From NCBI GenBank assembly GCA_973895155.1, contig OZ316891.1, positions 10,417,875 to 10,481,874 on the forward strand: DNA of 64,000 bases, given 5' to 3'. How positions within the stretch are numbered: the first letter of the stretch is position 1; every line of letters starts with the position of its first letter. Source of the stretch: Marsupella aquatica (lineage: Eukaryota; Plantae; Marchantiophyta). The position numbers were made by a program, and so were the translations under genes. The notes below the pieces were generated by a model that was not told where the DNA came from, ran no database searches, and saw only the letters and a list, made by a program, of their open reading frames with translations. Shown here one piece after another: positions 49,946 to 64,000 of the stretch.

Positions 49946-51402
49946 AGTCGCAGAACTCGACTAGTACACTAACATTGAGCTCCGGCGTCATTGACTCCGA
50001 CGCCAAACTCCTCTATGGTCCAGGCCTCCGGAACTGCCAAGTGGGGACTAAATATGGGGAGACTACTTGACAACGAGGCATTGCACTAGCAAGGGCAAGG
50101 TGCTAAGATGTGTGCGTAAGGACTTAGACTAGCTTGGAGTTGGTCAGGTCATGGGAAGGGTCGGGCTTAGGGTGGACCATCTAGACCCCCAGACGGACTT
50201 TAAGTCTCGAGGGCTTGAGTAAGAGCTCATCTTGGGCCCAAAGTTTGGCACATGAGATATGACGCGGCCCAGTTGTGGTCGTCCGGGATCTCCAACTGAT
50301 GATGGGTTTTGAGGACCTAGGCATGAGCACTGGGTCGACCCGATCACAATGGGCTAGGGCATTTCACTTACCCGTTCACTTACGGACGTCTAGCTAAAAA
50401 GTTATGGGTATATTAACAAGTTAGTTACGTGTCCATGCGTGCAGCTTTGGAGTCCAGGTTGAGGGCCAAATATAGTGGACCAAAGCCGGTCCAAGATGGT
50501 ACGTCTCCAAAAGTATATATGAGGGGAGTGGAGTCTTCTTGGGGCCCAAGTTGTGAGGCGCGGCAATCGCGACACTTAGTAAAGAGAAACGCCAAATGGA
50601 AACAATGATGGAAAGCTCTTGAGGACTACATCCATTTGAGCTCAGTTAGTTCTGGGGATGCCTTTGGGTTTTGAGATTTTTGGGGGTATCTCGTCCGCTT
50701 GCGAAATCCTGCCAAAACAACAGCCAAGTCGCGTTCAGTTTCCCACGAGAGCTTGCATTGGGGAGGAAATGTAGAGTAGGCAAGGGTTTTGAGGTGCAAG
50801 TGCATTTGGCCCCTAGACTCTCAGTTGGGTGGAACCTTAGAGATGGTTGCTAGAGTCGGGGCCAAACTGGTCTTGGCATGTAGGACAAGTTTGGGACAAG
50901 CTTCAGGCGGGGCTTCAGGACAAGCTAGTTTATTTGGGCCCTAAGCATGTCTTGGGGGGAGGGCGGTCAACTAGTGACAAATAGGGAATGGGGAAGCATG
51001 TGCAACATCCATAGAGCCCTAAGTTGTTCTGGACACACAGTGGTTGTCGGCTCTAGCTTTGACTTATGGCAAGGCCGTGCGGGCTCGGGAGGATTGTTCT
51101 ATTCACTGACCTACTTACCAATGTATGTTGAGCTCAGTCGAGACAGTAGTCTTGGAGTTCATAGATCCTATGGGGTTACTTATCAAGGTGTTTGGTTGCT
51201 TGTGCAGACAATGAGGACCATTGAGCAACCGTTGTGTTATGGAGCAAGTGCGGCTTTGTATGGGAGTTGTGACTGGAGGTGTTAGGGGTATCAAGTTGCT
51301 TGCTCAGAGAGTTCTATGTAGGCGTTTGGGCACCAAGGGCACTTAGGCAAGGGTGTTGGGATTGGTGAGAGCGTTGGGCTTTAGGGTTTAGGATCTACTA
51401 TT
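49946..51402. mobile_element. Second, diverged copy of the AGT-terminated 1.5-kb repeat
   Basis: Colinear similarity with 20284-21788, from AGTCGCAGAACTCGACTA to GGATCTACTATT. Confidence 0.7.
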
Positions 51403-52072
51403 AGGTCTAGAGTTATGACTGTATTGCAATTAGGGCTAACCTTAGTCGCAGACTTGGTTAGGTTAGTCATGTTCTGCACACACTATACCCGGCCAAGTGG
51501 TGTTTTCTTGGATAGTAGGAACTCAAGCTCATTGTTAAGGAGCCAGTTGAGAGATAAGGAGAGCTTGTGCTATGGATGGTATGGCCGGTTGGCCTAGAGT
51601 GCAATAAAGCTCTTGTGTGGTCTCGTGGACGTAGCCTCATGTGGAGGTGAACCACATATCTTTGTGTGTCGATACTAGTGCGTTGGACAGTTCATGGGCT
51701 TGCCGTTTTAATTGTCGTCTATGTTGAACACTGTTAAGGATTGCTCTAAGTCTTGTGACTCATAGGTTACGGCAATTAGGCTAACCACAATTAGGGACTT
51801 AGCTGAGGTTAGGTTAGTCGTGTGTGACCTTGCATATACCAAGGCTAGTGTAAGCCGTTGGTACGTAGTGCTCGGGGTAGTGCTTTCTCATTATAACAAA
51901 GCGACTTTGAGAGAGAGATTTAAATATATATATCCATAGATACCTCTCTTGCATTAAAACAGGTCTTATTCTTACTTATCTGCCGTTCATTGATTCACCA
52001 TTCAATCAAAAACAGAGTATATTGATCATATATTCACACATCCGAGTCTTGATAGTGCAGACGTTTGTTAAC
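51403..52072. mobile_element. Two adjacent LTR remnants related to 40316-40658
   Basis: Shared blocks GGACGTAGCCTCATGTGGAGG..AACCAC, GTCGTCTATG..AACA and TGCTCTA.GTCTTGTGACTCAT. Confidence 0.65.
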
Positions 52073-53085
52073 ATGGCAGTGATACATGCTTATTCTATGT
52101 ACCGCTCTTATGTGGGGTGAAGACTTCCCATTTTCAAGCTAACTAGATCGACATTAGCCCAGTTTCCTAGCCTTCAAATAATACTGAGCGCTGCTTGGTG
52201 ACAATGTTACTCAAACGATGTGTCCACAACATTGAGCATAGACTGTATTCTTGTATCGGGAATGGATGGACTGTTTCCATTCACGAAACAACGAATTGAG
52301 CGTCTTCGTTCAGCCCCTGCCACTGGATCAAAATTGTGCTGTAATAGACACAGTTTCTAGTCCCATGTTTCTACAACAATGCTAGACGGTTGGGGGGAGA
52401 CATGAGCCGGTAAAAGATGAGTCCACCAAGCCTAGCTTATTGTGTTCCTTTTTTACTATGAACTGCAACATGCCATTTATTCATACCAGTACATCATTCA
52501 TGTAGCTTCTGTGAGCAGAACAGAAAAGAATTGACATTTGTTGTAAAAGTATAATCTGGCATCTGATTTGGTGGGGTTCCCATTGAGCCACAATTGGCTG
52601 ATTGATGTTGTGTCAATTCAGCAGTCCTCGATCCTTGGCCTGTGCTGCGATGTCCACCGATTGCTGGTCCCACGATCTTCTTGCCAGTGCAGTATGGTCC
52701 CGTTACACTGCCATGCATGTTAGTGGCTGTTTCTCACAGGATGTTCCCTCCTCACTATCGAGTATCCCCATAGAGAAGTGCAAGCTTTGGATGTCTTTGG
52801 CTGGATGGCTGGACTTTAGCAACGCAGCACCTTGGCCTGCTTTTTAGGTTATGTGCTTTACCATCTATTTGCGTTGGGTGGCCCAGATATGTTGTGATTG
52901 AATCCATGGCTCTGGTGGCCAGATGATTATACTGGATTTAATTATATCCCTGTATTAGGTGATAGGGTGTATGTGTATGTATTGCATGCCATGGGGCCTA
53001 CCCTTATGTGATGATGTCATAGTATTGTCTCGGTTTTCCTGCATATTCAACCATGGGAATTGTTAGTAGCTTATCTTAAGCTTTT

Positions 53086-53088
<3 letters not shown>

Positions 53089-53132
<44 letters not shown>
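53089..53132 (+). repeat. (GA)22 microsatellite within an LTR-like remnant
   Basis: Direct reading. Followed by GGACGTAGCC..GGTGAACCA, the LTR-family block. Confidence 0.9.
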
Positions 53133-53135
<3 letters not shown>

Positions 53136-55185
53136 ACTACTCTTGAAGTAAAGCTTGCATGTTCATGTGGACGTAGCCTTGGAGAAGAGGTGAACCATGT
53201 ATGGATTGTGTCAACTACGTGAGTATGGAATGAGTCATGATTGTATCGTCAAGGAAGACGTCATAGTTCAACAAACACACCACTCTCGGGAACTATAGGG
53301 GAAAACCGCGGCATATGTGTAAATACAAAAAAAATAGTGACAATATCATAAATTCAAACATCTTTAGTGGCTGTGTACTCAAAAGCAGTACTCAAAAGCT
53401 GAATTATGTAATTTGCCATTGAAGTCTACTGTTCATGACCATAGAGTGAAGCTACAAGCCTTATTTTTTCTGGTAACAGTAAAATTCATTATCTAGACTA
53501 TGTTTGTGAATAGAGATTGATGGCCATGGGAGTCTATGTACCAGGAGCCCTTTGTGTGCGCACGCAAGAATATTTGGATTAGTCAAGTGACCCCTAGGGT
53601 AGGCAGTTTGAGCCAAAGTCTGCTTAGCCAGGTGTCCACTTGGGTACAGAAAGAAGCTATTGTAATAGGACCATAAATCCAGTCAAGATTTTTCTTTGTA
53701 TTGTTGTGTACTGTATGGAAGAGAATTCTCATCATGCTAGGGCATTTTGAGATTTGTACTCTATTTGTCTCTTGGTAAATTAATCCATAGACCCCCATGT
53801 TATTTTAGAGTCAGTTATCTAGAAACTGAAGCCTAGATGGACCTCCAAATCTAAAGAAAACAAATTCAAAAATTGTCAAACTTACCAAAGTAACCATTAT
53901 TAACACCAATCACAAAACCAGATGCAATGTGAACTACTGTTTAATGTGTGGATAGCTTAATTGCCCACTTCAGCAAAATGGTGCTCGACGGTTTCCTCCA
54001 CGATACCAAAGGGATGCTGGATGCACTCAAGTTGCATCGAAAGTAATCAATTTTCAATTCCTACACACAGATTGACAAAGAGATAGAAGTCATCGGTGTC
54101 ATCAAATCACTAACTTCACATAATTGTTTAAGACAAAAGTTTCATGGAACAAATATCCAATTGTGGAATTCAGAATCGATCGAAAGCTAGAGAAATTTAG
54201 AAACTCATGACCACTTTAGTACTTGATAAAATCCCCCAATGTCACACTCATTGGAAAGCTAGAGAACATTGCAAACTTATAATCTCCTTAGAACTCAACT
54301 CAATCTATCAATGCTAAGTTCATTAAAAAGTTTTTAAAATTCTAAAATTCATAATCTCCTTGGTACTCGATAAAATCTATCAATTTCAGGTTCATTCTCA
54401 TGGAAGGGGTCAACATTTCAGGGCTTGTACAACAAAGATTTCTATTCACATTAGAGATTATGAATCATGGGTAAAATCTATTTTTCAAACTACTTACTCA
54501 ATTCTTATCGGATGGTGACAATGTTGAGCTCATCAGGGCCGTCTCTTCAAGATCTTTTCAACGTCATATTATACGTGAATTTTCATTATGATATGACTCA
54601 ACAATGTCAAATCTAAAATTGTTGTCGGGAAAATGTTTATGTTTTGAATAAAATCAAAATGTAAATAAAACTGTTACTGGGAGCAGTTTTACCTCAATCT
54701 TTTTGTCTCTTGATTTACATTTCAAATTTTTTACATTCTTTTTTACGACATGGCGTCCCAATTTTTACAGCAAAGTTGTCACAAACACGAATGCAAAAGT
54801 CAATTTTATCCAAAAACAAGTCCCTTCCTGTTTGTGGCGTGCCATGATGATGTGGCACACTGTGGAGCCAGGAATTTTGGAAAGGACCTCTAATGGGGGT
54901 CCGTAAATATATAAAATCCAAACTTGTAGGAATTTTAGTTTTGTATTCAAGAGTGAAGAAAGGAGAGAAAGAACCCAATATCAGAGAAATGAAAAAATCT
55001 TTCAGGGACTTGAGGGATGTATCCAAGCCCAGTGTGGGATATAATGTCCCACAAAATGAGGGCTTTAACCCCTGGGCTTTATTATATACTTAATGCCCCT
55101 CATGGTCTTTCTCTTTGTACTTTTCTGTGCTTTACAGCAAAAATGGACCCACCAGATTTGGATCCCGGCATCCTGAAACTTTTTT

Positions 55186-55380
55186 TTCAACGACCTCTTG
55201 ACCAACACGACATCTTTTTTTCTTAATGACTTCTTTTCTCTCAACAACCTCTTGGCCGACCCCGACATCTTTTCTTTTCACGACCTCTTGGCCGACAAGA
55301 CATCTTTTCTCTCAACGACATCTTGGCCGAGACAACATCTTTTTTTTCTCAACGACATCTTGGCCGACACGACTTCTTTT
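55186..55380. repeat. Tandem subterminal-type repeats (ACGACCTCTTGGCCGAC / ACGACATCTTTTT)
   Basis: About 5 alternating units, typical of DNA-transposon ends. Confidence 0.6.
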
Positions 55381-56548
55381 GTGCAACGCACAGGTATTGA
55401 GTTAGAATACGATGAAGGAATCTCTCAAGTCTCTTTGTGATTCAGAAGGAATATCTCAAGTCTCTTTGTGATTCAAACACATGCGCTTTTCTATTGACAT
55501 TGCTGGTTGTAGCTCTCAGCTAGTGTGCACATGTTGTTGCGGATGACTGAGAAGTTCAGGTTTTTGTTGTTACTCCTTGTCTGCAGCCTTTGAATGAATT
55601 ATCTTTACATTTTGTCAAGACCAATTGTAATTCAGTCTTTCAACTATGGTGCCGTCTTGTGTTGAATTACCAGATAGCAGTTACATGATCTGGTGTGAAT
55701 GAGCGAAGGTATGGGATACCCCGGGTTTTATACTCACTCTGGGGCATCATAGCCTTGCAACTGGAAGTTACAGCAGACTCATCCGCCTGGAGCTGATCAT
55801 TGAAGAAAATTGAGAACTGCTGCAACTTGACTTAGTGCAGGACACTTGTCAGATCGCAGAACTGCAGTCATGGAAGAAAAATTTTCACATCTGTCATTGT
55901 TGCAAAATTACAGATCACTAAGTCTGCGCGAAGACTTGGCAGTTACGGTCGTTAGAGATGAAACAGCTTCAGGCATAATTATGGGCGACTCTGTATGAGT
56001 GATTTGTCTCCTGTTTCTTTTCCCCATTTGATCGCTTCTTCTCATAATTATACTAAACGGAGGACCCAACAACAAATACTCATCACGAAGGCAGCAGTAG
56101 TCTGCATCTCCAAACGAGTCCTGCTCATACAACCAAACACAGTCCCAAAGATTCTTTCTTCGCAGTTTTCTACTGCAAGCGCCATAATCTGTGACGTCTT
56201 ATGATTACATGAAAACGGACAAACTTCGCATGAACCCAACGATGAAAAACAATTAATCCTCCGATGCATGGTGACACTATCGGAGACGACACTCTGAATT
56301 CCAAGTTCTTACTTGTTTGGAGTCGGCAGATGTAGAGGGACCAATCGTGCATCAGTTCACTCTCCCTAAGAAAGAGATCTGTATATCACAAGGATATCTC
56401 AAAATGATGTGTCTGAGGGCTTCAACAGTACTTCCGACTTTTGCAATCCCATCAATCTACCCTGAGTAGGTCAATTAAGTTGAACTCCTTAAAAATCTGT
56501 GCACCGTACATACAGTAAGTCCAAATACGAAGGAAGCAATTGTTGGAC

Positions 56549-59500
56549 CTACAATTCTCCGCTAGCAAGTTCGGGTGGAAAGGCCACATCGCGATGTTTG
56601 CCTAACCCCCAGTTCAGTGCATCTTGTAAGAGAATGCCCAGTACTTCCACAGAACGTATCACACATGTTTGAAGACTCGGATTGGTGTACTTTCCCAATC
56701 TCCAGTCCTTGTCAGCAATAAGTCGAGGAGCAGGTTCGTCCAGTCCCTCTGCAGCCGAAAAAGAAACGAATCAGAACTCACAAAGAACTTGACGTACCTC
56801 GTTCATTTGCAAAAAGGCGTTCGCTCTGAGCTTCATGCTGTAGCTAAAGTCGTTCCAGAATCACAGCTTTTTTCTTTCAATCCATTTCTTTTACAAGTAG
56901 GGTGAATCCCGTGAATGAAGTATACCAGCCCACATTCGACCGTGACCATCAGCCGCTCTACAGAAAGGGCGAACTCCATCTTTGCTCACAGCAGCTAGTA
57001 CAGAGGCCCACTGCTCTTCCCTTTGAGAAGCTGTGATAACTCCGGTCGAGCACACCTGGGAAAAATGAAATGCACTCTTTCAGGCTGGATTTGACTAAAA
57101 CAGAGAAAGTTAATCCAGGTGGTGCCAAAACAACGCGTAATTATGAACTGAAGAACAGACCTGTTGGTAAAGGTAATACGAAGGACGAGGAATACGAGTA
57201 AGGTTGTCTGCTCGATCAACATCGACCAAGCCAAACTTTGGACAATACCCATCGGCCCACTCCCAATTGTCAGAAATGGTCCACTCCACGTAGCCATCGA
57301 CCGGAACGCCCTGATCACAAAAATCAACAATTTCAAACTGACCATCACAAAGACGACGGTTTGCTGGAAAGACGACCGGATAACTTTAGTGCAGAAAAGG
57401 AAGGGCAAAAACTCTAGTATATTCCTTGCCAACCTTTTTGCGAGCTGCGTTCACCGCCAGAAGGTGCTCCAGAAGGTAGGGTCTGCGCAACAAGTCTGCC
57501 TCGTCCGCAAAACCGTTCTCTGTGACGATGTACCGAAGATTTGGTTGGGTTTTCAGGTAGCGCTGGTGGAACGTCATTAGAACGTTGAAAAGTCCATCTG
57601 GATACACCCCCCGGCCAGCCTCACTATACTCTTCGTCCGGCACCAGCATCAAGCCAGCCGTCGATAAAATCTCCTGTCCAACGAGAAACATTAGTTAATG
57701 TTCATCCTGCATCACAGTTGCCCAGGTTCTTGCTGCCTATATTTGGAACCACAGAGCCCAAACTTTCGAAAGAGGGCAGCAATTAGATGTCCATGTTGTA
57801 CTACCTGTCCGTAATAGTTGATACCACAGAAATCCAGATGGGATTGAATGTCATCAATCCACTGAAACTCTGTCAACCATCTTGAGACGAGTACTACAGG
57901 AATGTCCAGGAGCCCATAAGGATTGATCACTCCAACATGGTGAGCAACTCCTACTACTGCATTGGAATCCCTGCAATTGCGAGGACGTCTCATGACATTA
58001 ACGAGAGCGATCGCATGAAAGTTCTTATATGTTCATGAGAAGTGCGCGAACAGCACGCAAAAGCAAAATCCCAAGAGTAGAACGGCTACCAGTTCAAACG
58101 GGGAATCTTGAACTAGGAAGTATAACATACCCCTTATGGAGAGCTTCATAGGTATTTTTGTGAGCCTCACTGATTGCAGCCATTGCTTTGCCATATGCCC
58201 CAAACGGAGTGAAGCAAACGAGAGAGTCGAGAAGGGAAGGCTTTCCCCCGGGAGGCCATGTCATCGAGCATTCAGTAAGAATCACAAAGATGTGGGGTTC
58301 GTTGAAAGTGATCCAATAGTCAACATACTCTCCGAACTCATTCTGAGCAAACCTGAATCATCCAATAATCATTTAGAAGATACTCCTCATTGTGCGGCAA
58401 TCTCTGAACAGCTCAGACGCTCACTCATGTGCACATTGGAAAAGCCACTCGTGGCTCAAAGTACGAAAGAGTGACATACCAACTGAAGCGAGGTTGCAAT
58501 TCCACAGACCTCTATTCTTGTCTTCAAGTGCGTAATTTCAGGGATACAACAAAAACGTGAAGTGCCTTCACAAATACATATTCCCAGTCCAAGTAAGGCG
58601 GGTCCTAAATGCAGATAAAATGCATGCAAATAAAATTCTTATTTTGTCAAAAGTTATAGCATAAGACTCATATACTCTTCCCACCCACTTTGCAAAATCT
58701 GTGAAGTAGGCGACAGTCCGAGGCTCGGTCCATCCGCCATACAAAAGTGCCCATTTTGGAATTGAATGGTGAAATAGAGTCAGCATAACTTTCATCCCCC
58801 GATCTCGAATGGCTTGAAGAATGCCCTTGTAGTGATCCACTGCGCTTCGATCAGCCTGCAGGAGCAATCAAAGTCACATATATAATCGACACCCCGAGCT
58901 GAAGATTTACCGTCCAGTAGCCAGGTTTACCATCGAGCAGTCACAGCTGTAAATGCCCAATTATAAGCTTCTGGATTACCTCTTCCAACTAGAATCAGGA
59001 TGAATAAATACTCTGCTAATTGCAACCCGTAACGTTAGCATTAATACTAATCCGAACTCTTCAACTATTGTTTTTCGTAGGTCATTCCCAATTGAAACAT
59101 ATCAGCAGAGGGTTCTGCGGATCTCATCGTCATGTTTCAGAACTCAAGGCCCAACTTCGTTTGCACATAGCAGCTTAGATGGGAGGTATTGTACCGCTTG
59201 TTCGGTGCCTTTTGTGGGTTCCTCGGGTACAAGGCGGCCCCAATCTATGCCCAAGCGAAAAACTGTAACGCCTGCCTCCTTGGCTAAGTCGAGCTCGATC
59301 TCTGACTCTGTCCAGAACCGCAAACGCTGATCGGGAATGGGTACATTCTGCCACGCTCGTACCTGTCCTGCATACAGCACGACCCATGAAAGCTGGTCAA
59401 CTTCGAACCTTCCGAGGCATTCGGCAAGATCACACAGACGGAACATGATGCCGTCGGGAAATTCCCACAAAAAGTACTTCGTCTGAAACATCAACTTCTT

Positions 59501-60763
59501 AACCTTTTTGAAAGCTATATCCTAGAATTTGAGACATGGGCCCTTATACACAGGTCAATCAGTTCACTGCATTACCGGGTAGTTACCATCATGGCCCCTG
59601 GCAAATTCTAGCCATGTATCGTTCAAATCGTCTTCCACATGTGCGGGTGCTGTTGCCAGACCGAAGAAAAAATTATTCGAACAACTACCTGTTCATCACA
59701 ATGCGCTTGAAGGTTATACAACAGACGAAAGAAAGTTGTGATTTGAGTTCTCCAAAGCTTTCTTCTACGAGAATTCTACAAGGACACGAACGAGAGACAG
59801 ATTTCACTGACCCCCATGACAAGACTCCTAGAAGACCGTCTAGGATCGGTTTACAAGTCAGGAAAGTCACTGCAGAGTGGATTTGACTTAATCATTCTCA
59901 AGTTTTACTAGCCATTACTTGATTCAAAACCAGCTTTAAAGGCAAAAGAAATGAGACCGACGTCTGCTAATTTCACGACAATTTCTACAGGAAATGTCCA
60001 AGCAAATCTTGATTTCAATCGATACAGGTTCCAGTTCAGGAGCGTTCCCGCAAAGACCATTAATCTACTCATCTGAAGTCAGGTCCATTTGAGTAGCAAA
60101 GACGTTTCAACCACTCTAGAAGCACACGAAATGGAAGGACATCGTACACCTTAACTTGAATCCTCGACGGGAACTGATGGTTTTGCTAAGAACAGATTTC
60201 CAATACGGCGAACTAAATGGGGCGGAAACTAGTTCACCCAACCGAAGGTCCGTTCCGGTTTAAACAGAGATTGGTTAAAGAAACATTTGAGAAGCACGAG
60301 ATGGACACTTTAATAATCGCTCCTAATCTCCCCTAAAATTTTAAAAACGGGGCTGAGGATACAACGATTCGACTGAGACCGAGTTTCCAATTCAGTTGAG
60401 TTCTCAAGGAGATGAATCGCTGAACTCAATGTATAGGCCAAAGGGCCTAACGGAAGCAATGAAATGTGGGCCATAGAGCAAGCAAGATTCTGGCAAAAGT
60501 ACACTCCATTCAAAGGAAAAGACGGGACAACTAAATCAAGAAAACAAATTATCCCGACCTGGCTCGGCGTCAGCTGGACACGGTGGAGAGAGACTAAAAT
60601 CCGCCAAAACGTCATCGTCCGTTGAGCTCAAACCGCCCAGGGCATGATGCCAGTGCAAGACAGGCAGCAGCGCAATACAAATTCCAATGTAAGCGACCAC
60701 TACCGCTCCTCCTACCGCGGCCACTTTCGGTACGCTTATCGCCATGACTTCTCGGTCACTCAA
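56549..60763 (-). CDS. SFR2: SENSITIVE TO FREEZING 2-like galactolipid:galactolipid galactosyltransferase (GH1), about 10 exons, apparently intact
   Basis: N-terminal TM exon, FFFGLATAPAHVEDD (about 59600-59680), VRAWQNVP.P.QRLRFW, VMLTLFHHS, YWITFNEPHIF, DFCGINYYGQE, YIVTENG, WTISDNWEWADGY.PKFGLV, RPFCR, GLDEP...DWR. Both catalytic Glu residues present and GT-AG borders found. Confidence 0.9.
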
Positions 60764-62591
60764 TAAAGCAGCCGTGCCTCGTCCTCAGCGCCAGAATCAT
60801 CCGCCTTTCACGAAAGAATCGATTCGAAAATCGAGCTTTGGAGGTCTCAAGAAAAGCTTCCGATCAGCAAAAGGAGCAATACACACAAGCCATGCGTCCG
60901 AGTCCGGATTTATTCGGCAGAGAGCTCCACCTTGACCCAGAAAACGTTTTGGGGACTGATCATCATCACCGTCACCGTCATCGTGGCCGAGAGGCTTTCT
61001 TTCTTTCCCGGACCCAGCTGCACATCCACTCTCGAGGCTCGAACGAAAACTCTATCCAAACTTCTGCCGACATTTTCCATGACGGTACGTGTCCCGTCGC
61101 GAGCAAAGCAACCGTCACCGAGAGCCTTAGCCGAAGCGCTAGCTCGACCAAGAGATGTCGGGCAGCGCAGAATTCGACAGAGTGATCACCGATATCAAGC
61201 ATTCCGTTCATTCTGCTACACGCGGCGAAGGCATGCGCCATGCGCCATGGGCCGTGCTTGCACGTCAGGGATTTGTGAGCTCACTGCCATTTGTGAGCTC
61301 ACGCTGAACGAACAAGGAACAGAGGGGGGGGGCTGATTGCGTTCTTCCTCAACAAGTGGAGTTGGAGAGTTAAATGCCGGTGCCTTCAATAATAAGACTG
61401 TGAGGGAGTCTTAAAGCTTCAAATTTGATAGAATTATTGTGGTTAAGGTTGTGGACTACCAAATTTCTAATCCATAAATTTTAACATATGACTGAGTTTT
61501 TTGCCTTAAACCATAATTTTGACATGTGACTAGTGTTTTTTGCCTTAAATTAAATATTTCCTTAAAGATCAAAGATGGGGCATATGTCATGACCATAAGT
61601 CACTCTAGAGGCTAACATGACCATGAGTTTAGAGGAGTCCTATGTCATGACCATAAGTCACTGTAGAGGCTAACATGACCATAAATCAGTGTAGAGGCTA
61701 GTGAAAAACATACCTAACACTGTGAAAAAGCCTAAACCTTACCTAACACTTTGAATAAGTTATGGCCAAAAGTCATCATCTGAAACTTTGAAACTTTGAG
61801 GGCCATATTGTAATTGATGGTGAGCATCAGTGTTATCAGTGGCAAGGCAGTTAGGGCCAATTCAGGAGGACTTGTTTACCCATTGATATAATTTATTGTG
61901 GCCAAATCCTGATTGTAGATCCAGCCATGGTAAACTTAGGTTGACCTTGGTTCAAAGTATTCACGAGCTAAGTGAGTTTCTAGATAGAACAAATTAAAGG
62001 CCATCCTTCTGCCATGCCCATACAGGACGCAACTACCAGGAACTCAGGGATGCACATCATCTTAGTCCTTATAGGTAACAATTTAAACTCATCAAATGGT
62101 CACTTTCCAACCTTTTCTAGCAAATTGGTCCATGTGACCATTTTCATGAGTCATAATTCTTATAATTGATTAGTGAAAGGAGACACGCGTCATAGAATGT
62201 TTTGGCTTCAAAGGTTAGGCTTAGAGAGCAAATCACTAATTTGCTGAATTCTGGCTCTATTTCCCCACCCCTCAATCCTATTTCATCAATGAAGTGGTCG
62301 TTGCTGCACATCTTAATTGGTCAATGAAGAAGTGATATTAGGCTTATATATGAAAGAACACTGTCAGATGAAGAACAATCAAGGTTTGTTAAGCCCACAA
62401 AATGAGTCACCATAAATTCTTGCACCGATATAGATTGACATGGCTAAGGTCGTGACTAAGGCAATGTTGTAAACTTGATGTTGTCTCAATTTGCTCCAAC
62501 AAAATTGTGGGTGACTTAGAGCAAAACACGTCCCAAAGCCCTTTTGATAGTCTCAACCCCTATTTGAATCCTGAGTACTTCAACTGAGAAA

Positions 62592-62970
62592 TGTTACATA
62601 TGCATTTACTCTTAGGTCTAGAATTACATAGCCATAGTGAGGCTAATTGTAGTCGCAGCCTTGGTCAGGTTAGTCGTGTTATACCTATTTACCCAAACAA
62701 TTTTTACTTGTATAGGAGACTCAGGCTCATTGGTACAGAGCCACTTGAGATATAGGGAGAGCTTATGGTACAAAGACTTGGTAAGGCTGATGGGGCTAGT
62801 GGTCTTGCAGGAAAGCTTTTGTATTTTCCTGTGGACATCCCTGTGGACAAAGCCTCATCAAAGGCAAACCATGTATTGTTGCGTTGACTACTTGTTCGTT
62901 GGATGGTCATGTGCTGGTGATAGCCTTGTGGAGCAAAAGACAAAACTCATGTGCCTGCAGTTCTTTCAGT
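62592..62970. mobile_element. Degenerate solo-LTR remnant
   Basis: Similar to the 40316-40658 and 51403-51730 family (GGCTCATTG..GAGATATAGGGAGAGCTT). Confidence 0.5.
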
Positions 62971-64000
62971 AAGATTTGGTTTAGCGCCCCTATAGCGCTA
63001 GAGATGCTTTGACATCATGACATTCTAGTCAGGAAATAAAAAGGCATTTTAGTAATTAGAGAAAAAGATGTGACAATAAGGTCTTTCAAAGCTTCAGTTG
63101 CGGATGATGGCTTTAGCCATGGCCTTTTCACATGTTTATGTACAAGGGTTTTCTTTTGCTAACCTCTACAGTAGCTTCTGGTCACGACATATGACCAGTC
63201 TTTATGGCAAAAAACTATAAATCATGAATTTGGTAGTCTACAATGCTTTTTGTCCATACACGTAACTACTAATTGGAGGTCATGCATTCACTTATTATAG
63301 TCCTTGTCCATATATTCCTGTGCATGTGTACGTTTTAATTTCCCATTACAAGCCATACTGTCTCTGTGCAAAGTTGAGCACGACAAGCACAACAGAAATG
63401 TCAGCTGGTCCAATCATAATTGCACGCAGGACCTGAAAGTATGATCAAAAGCATACGGTTTCTTTCATGACTATACAGTCTCCCATATTTCTCCCCGCGT
63501 TGCAATCAACAAACGGTCGCCCATATCCCTCGGTCGCCCCATATCCCTTCTTATGCCCTTAGTCCTATATGGTAAAAGGTCCATCTAATTTTGAGGTTTG
63601 AGATCCCCTAATAATGTAACTCAGATTTGAACATGAGACCTGGGCTTTAGGGACATGAATATCGATAAGGGGTGAGGTACTCTTTGGTTGACAACAAGGG
63701 ACCCACTACTGTACTTGGAACACTAGCGCTGAGCTGTCCGCAGCCCCCAAAAGGAAATTCCATTAGGATAGAGAACTGGCTATGGTAGTGCTGCATCGGT
63801 TAAGACTGCCTGAAGTCGCTTCGGTTGCTGAGGTGAACCCTCGATCGAGTTGGCTATCGGTTGTCGCATTGGTGGGCTGCTGCATTGCGCATCGTTTGAC
63901 ACGTTTTTCGCTGCGTCTCGTGAAGCAGGGAAGCTGTGGGGGTGGGCGGAAGCTCCTGATTTGAAGGACTCCTCTGAATGCGAGGAGTTTTTTTTTTGGT

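Noticed and set aside
62982-63000. TAGCGC...GCGCTA palindrome resembling the MULE motif
   Set aside because: The spacer is 7 nt rather than 3 and it is a single isolated copy.
63780-64000. GC-rich stretch as a possible structured ncRNA
   Set aside because: No tRNA, snRNA or SRP signature was recognised. More likely a 5' UTR of a gene beyond the window.

Overview
Eukaryotic DNA with GT-AG introns from a land plant, probably a non-seed plant such as a liverwort or other bryophyte (inference). About 55 kb is transposon-derived or pseudogenised, and one host gene looks intact (SFR2-like GH1, minus strand, 56.5-60.8 kb). From left to right: (1) a decayed large DNA transposon carrying a bacterial-type beta-class N4C/N6A DNA methyltransferase, split by a MITE and probably spliced to a Ulp1 SUMO protease, plus a DUF7869/Sola-like transposase; (2) a Mutator-like element whose transposase is divergent from a ParB/Srx-like + amino-methyltransferase fusion gene; (3) three alternating-orientation copies of an MFL1-carrier/SPRY chimeric segment; (4) a young full-length Copia with an intact antisense ORF encoding an RNase H1 hybrid-binding domain; (5) an ankyrin pseudogene, tandem FCP1-like pseudo-phosphatases, a second truncated ParB-like gene, solo LTRs and MITEs. 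The main signal is that each ParB/MTase-type gene sits with its own dispersed family of palindromes: GGGATCCATGGATCCC, AGCGC-N3-GCGCT and TCTCAGAGA-N3-TCTCTGAGA. This suggests a transposon-borne, parS/ParB-like self-recognition and DNA-modification or anti-silencing system. All domain calls are motif recognition by eye; no database searches were run.
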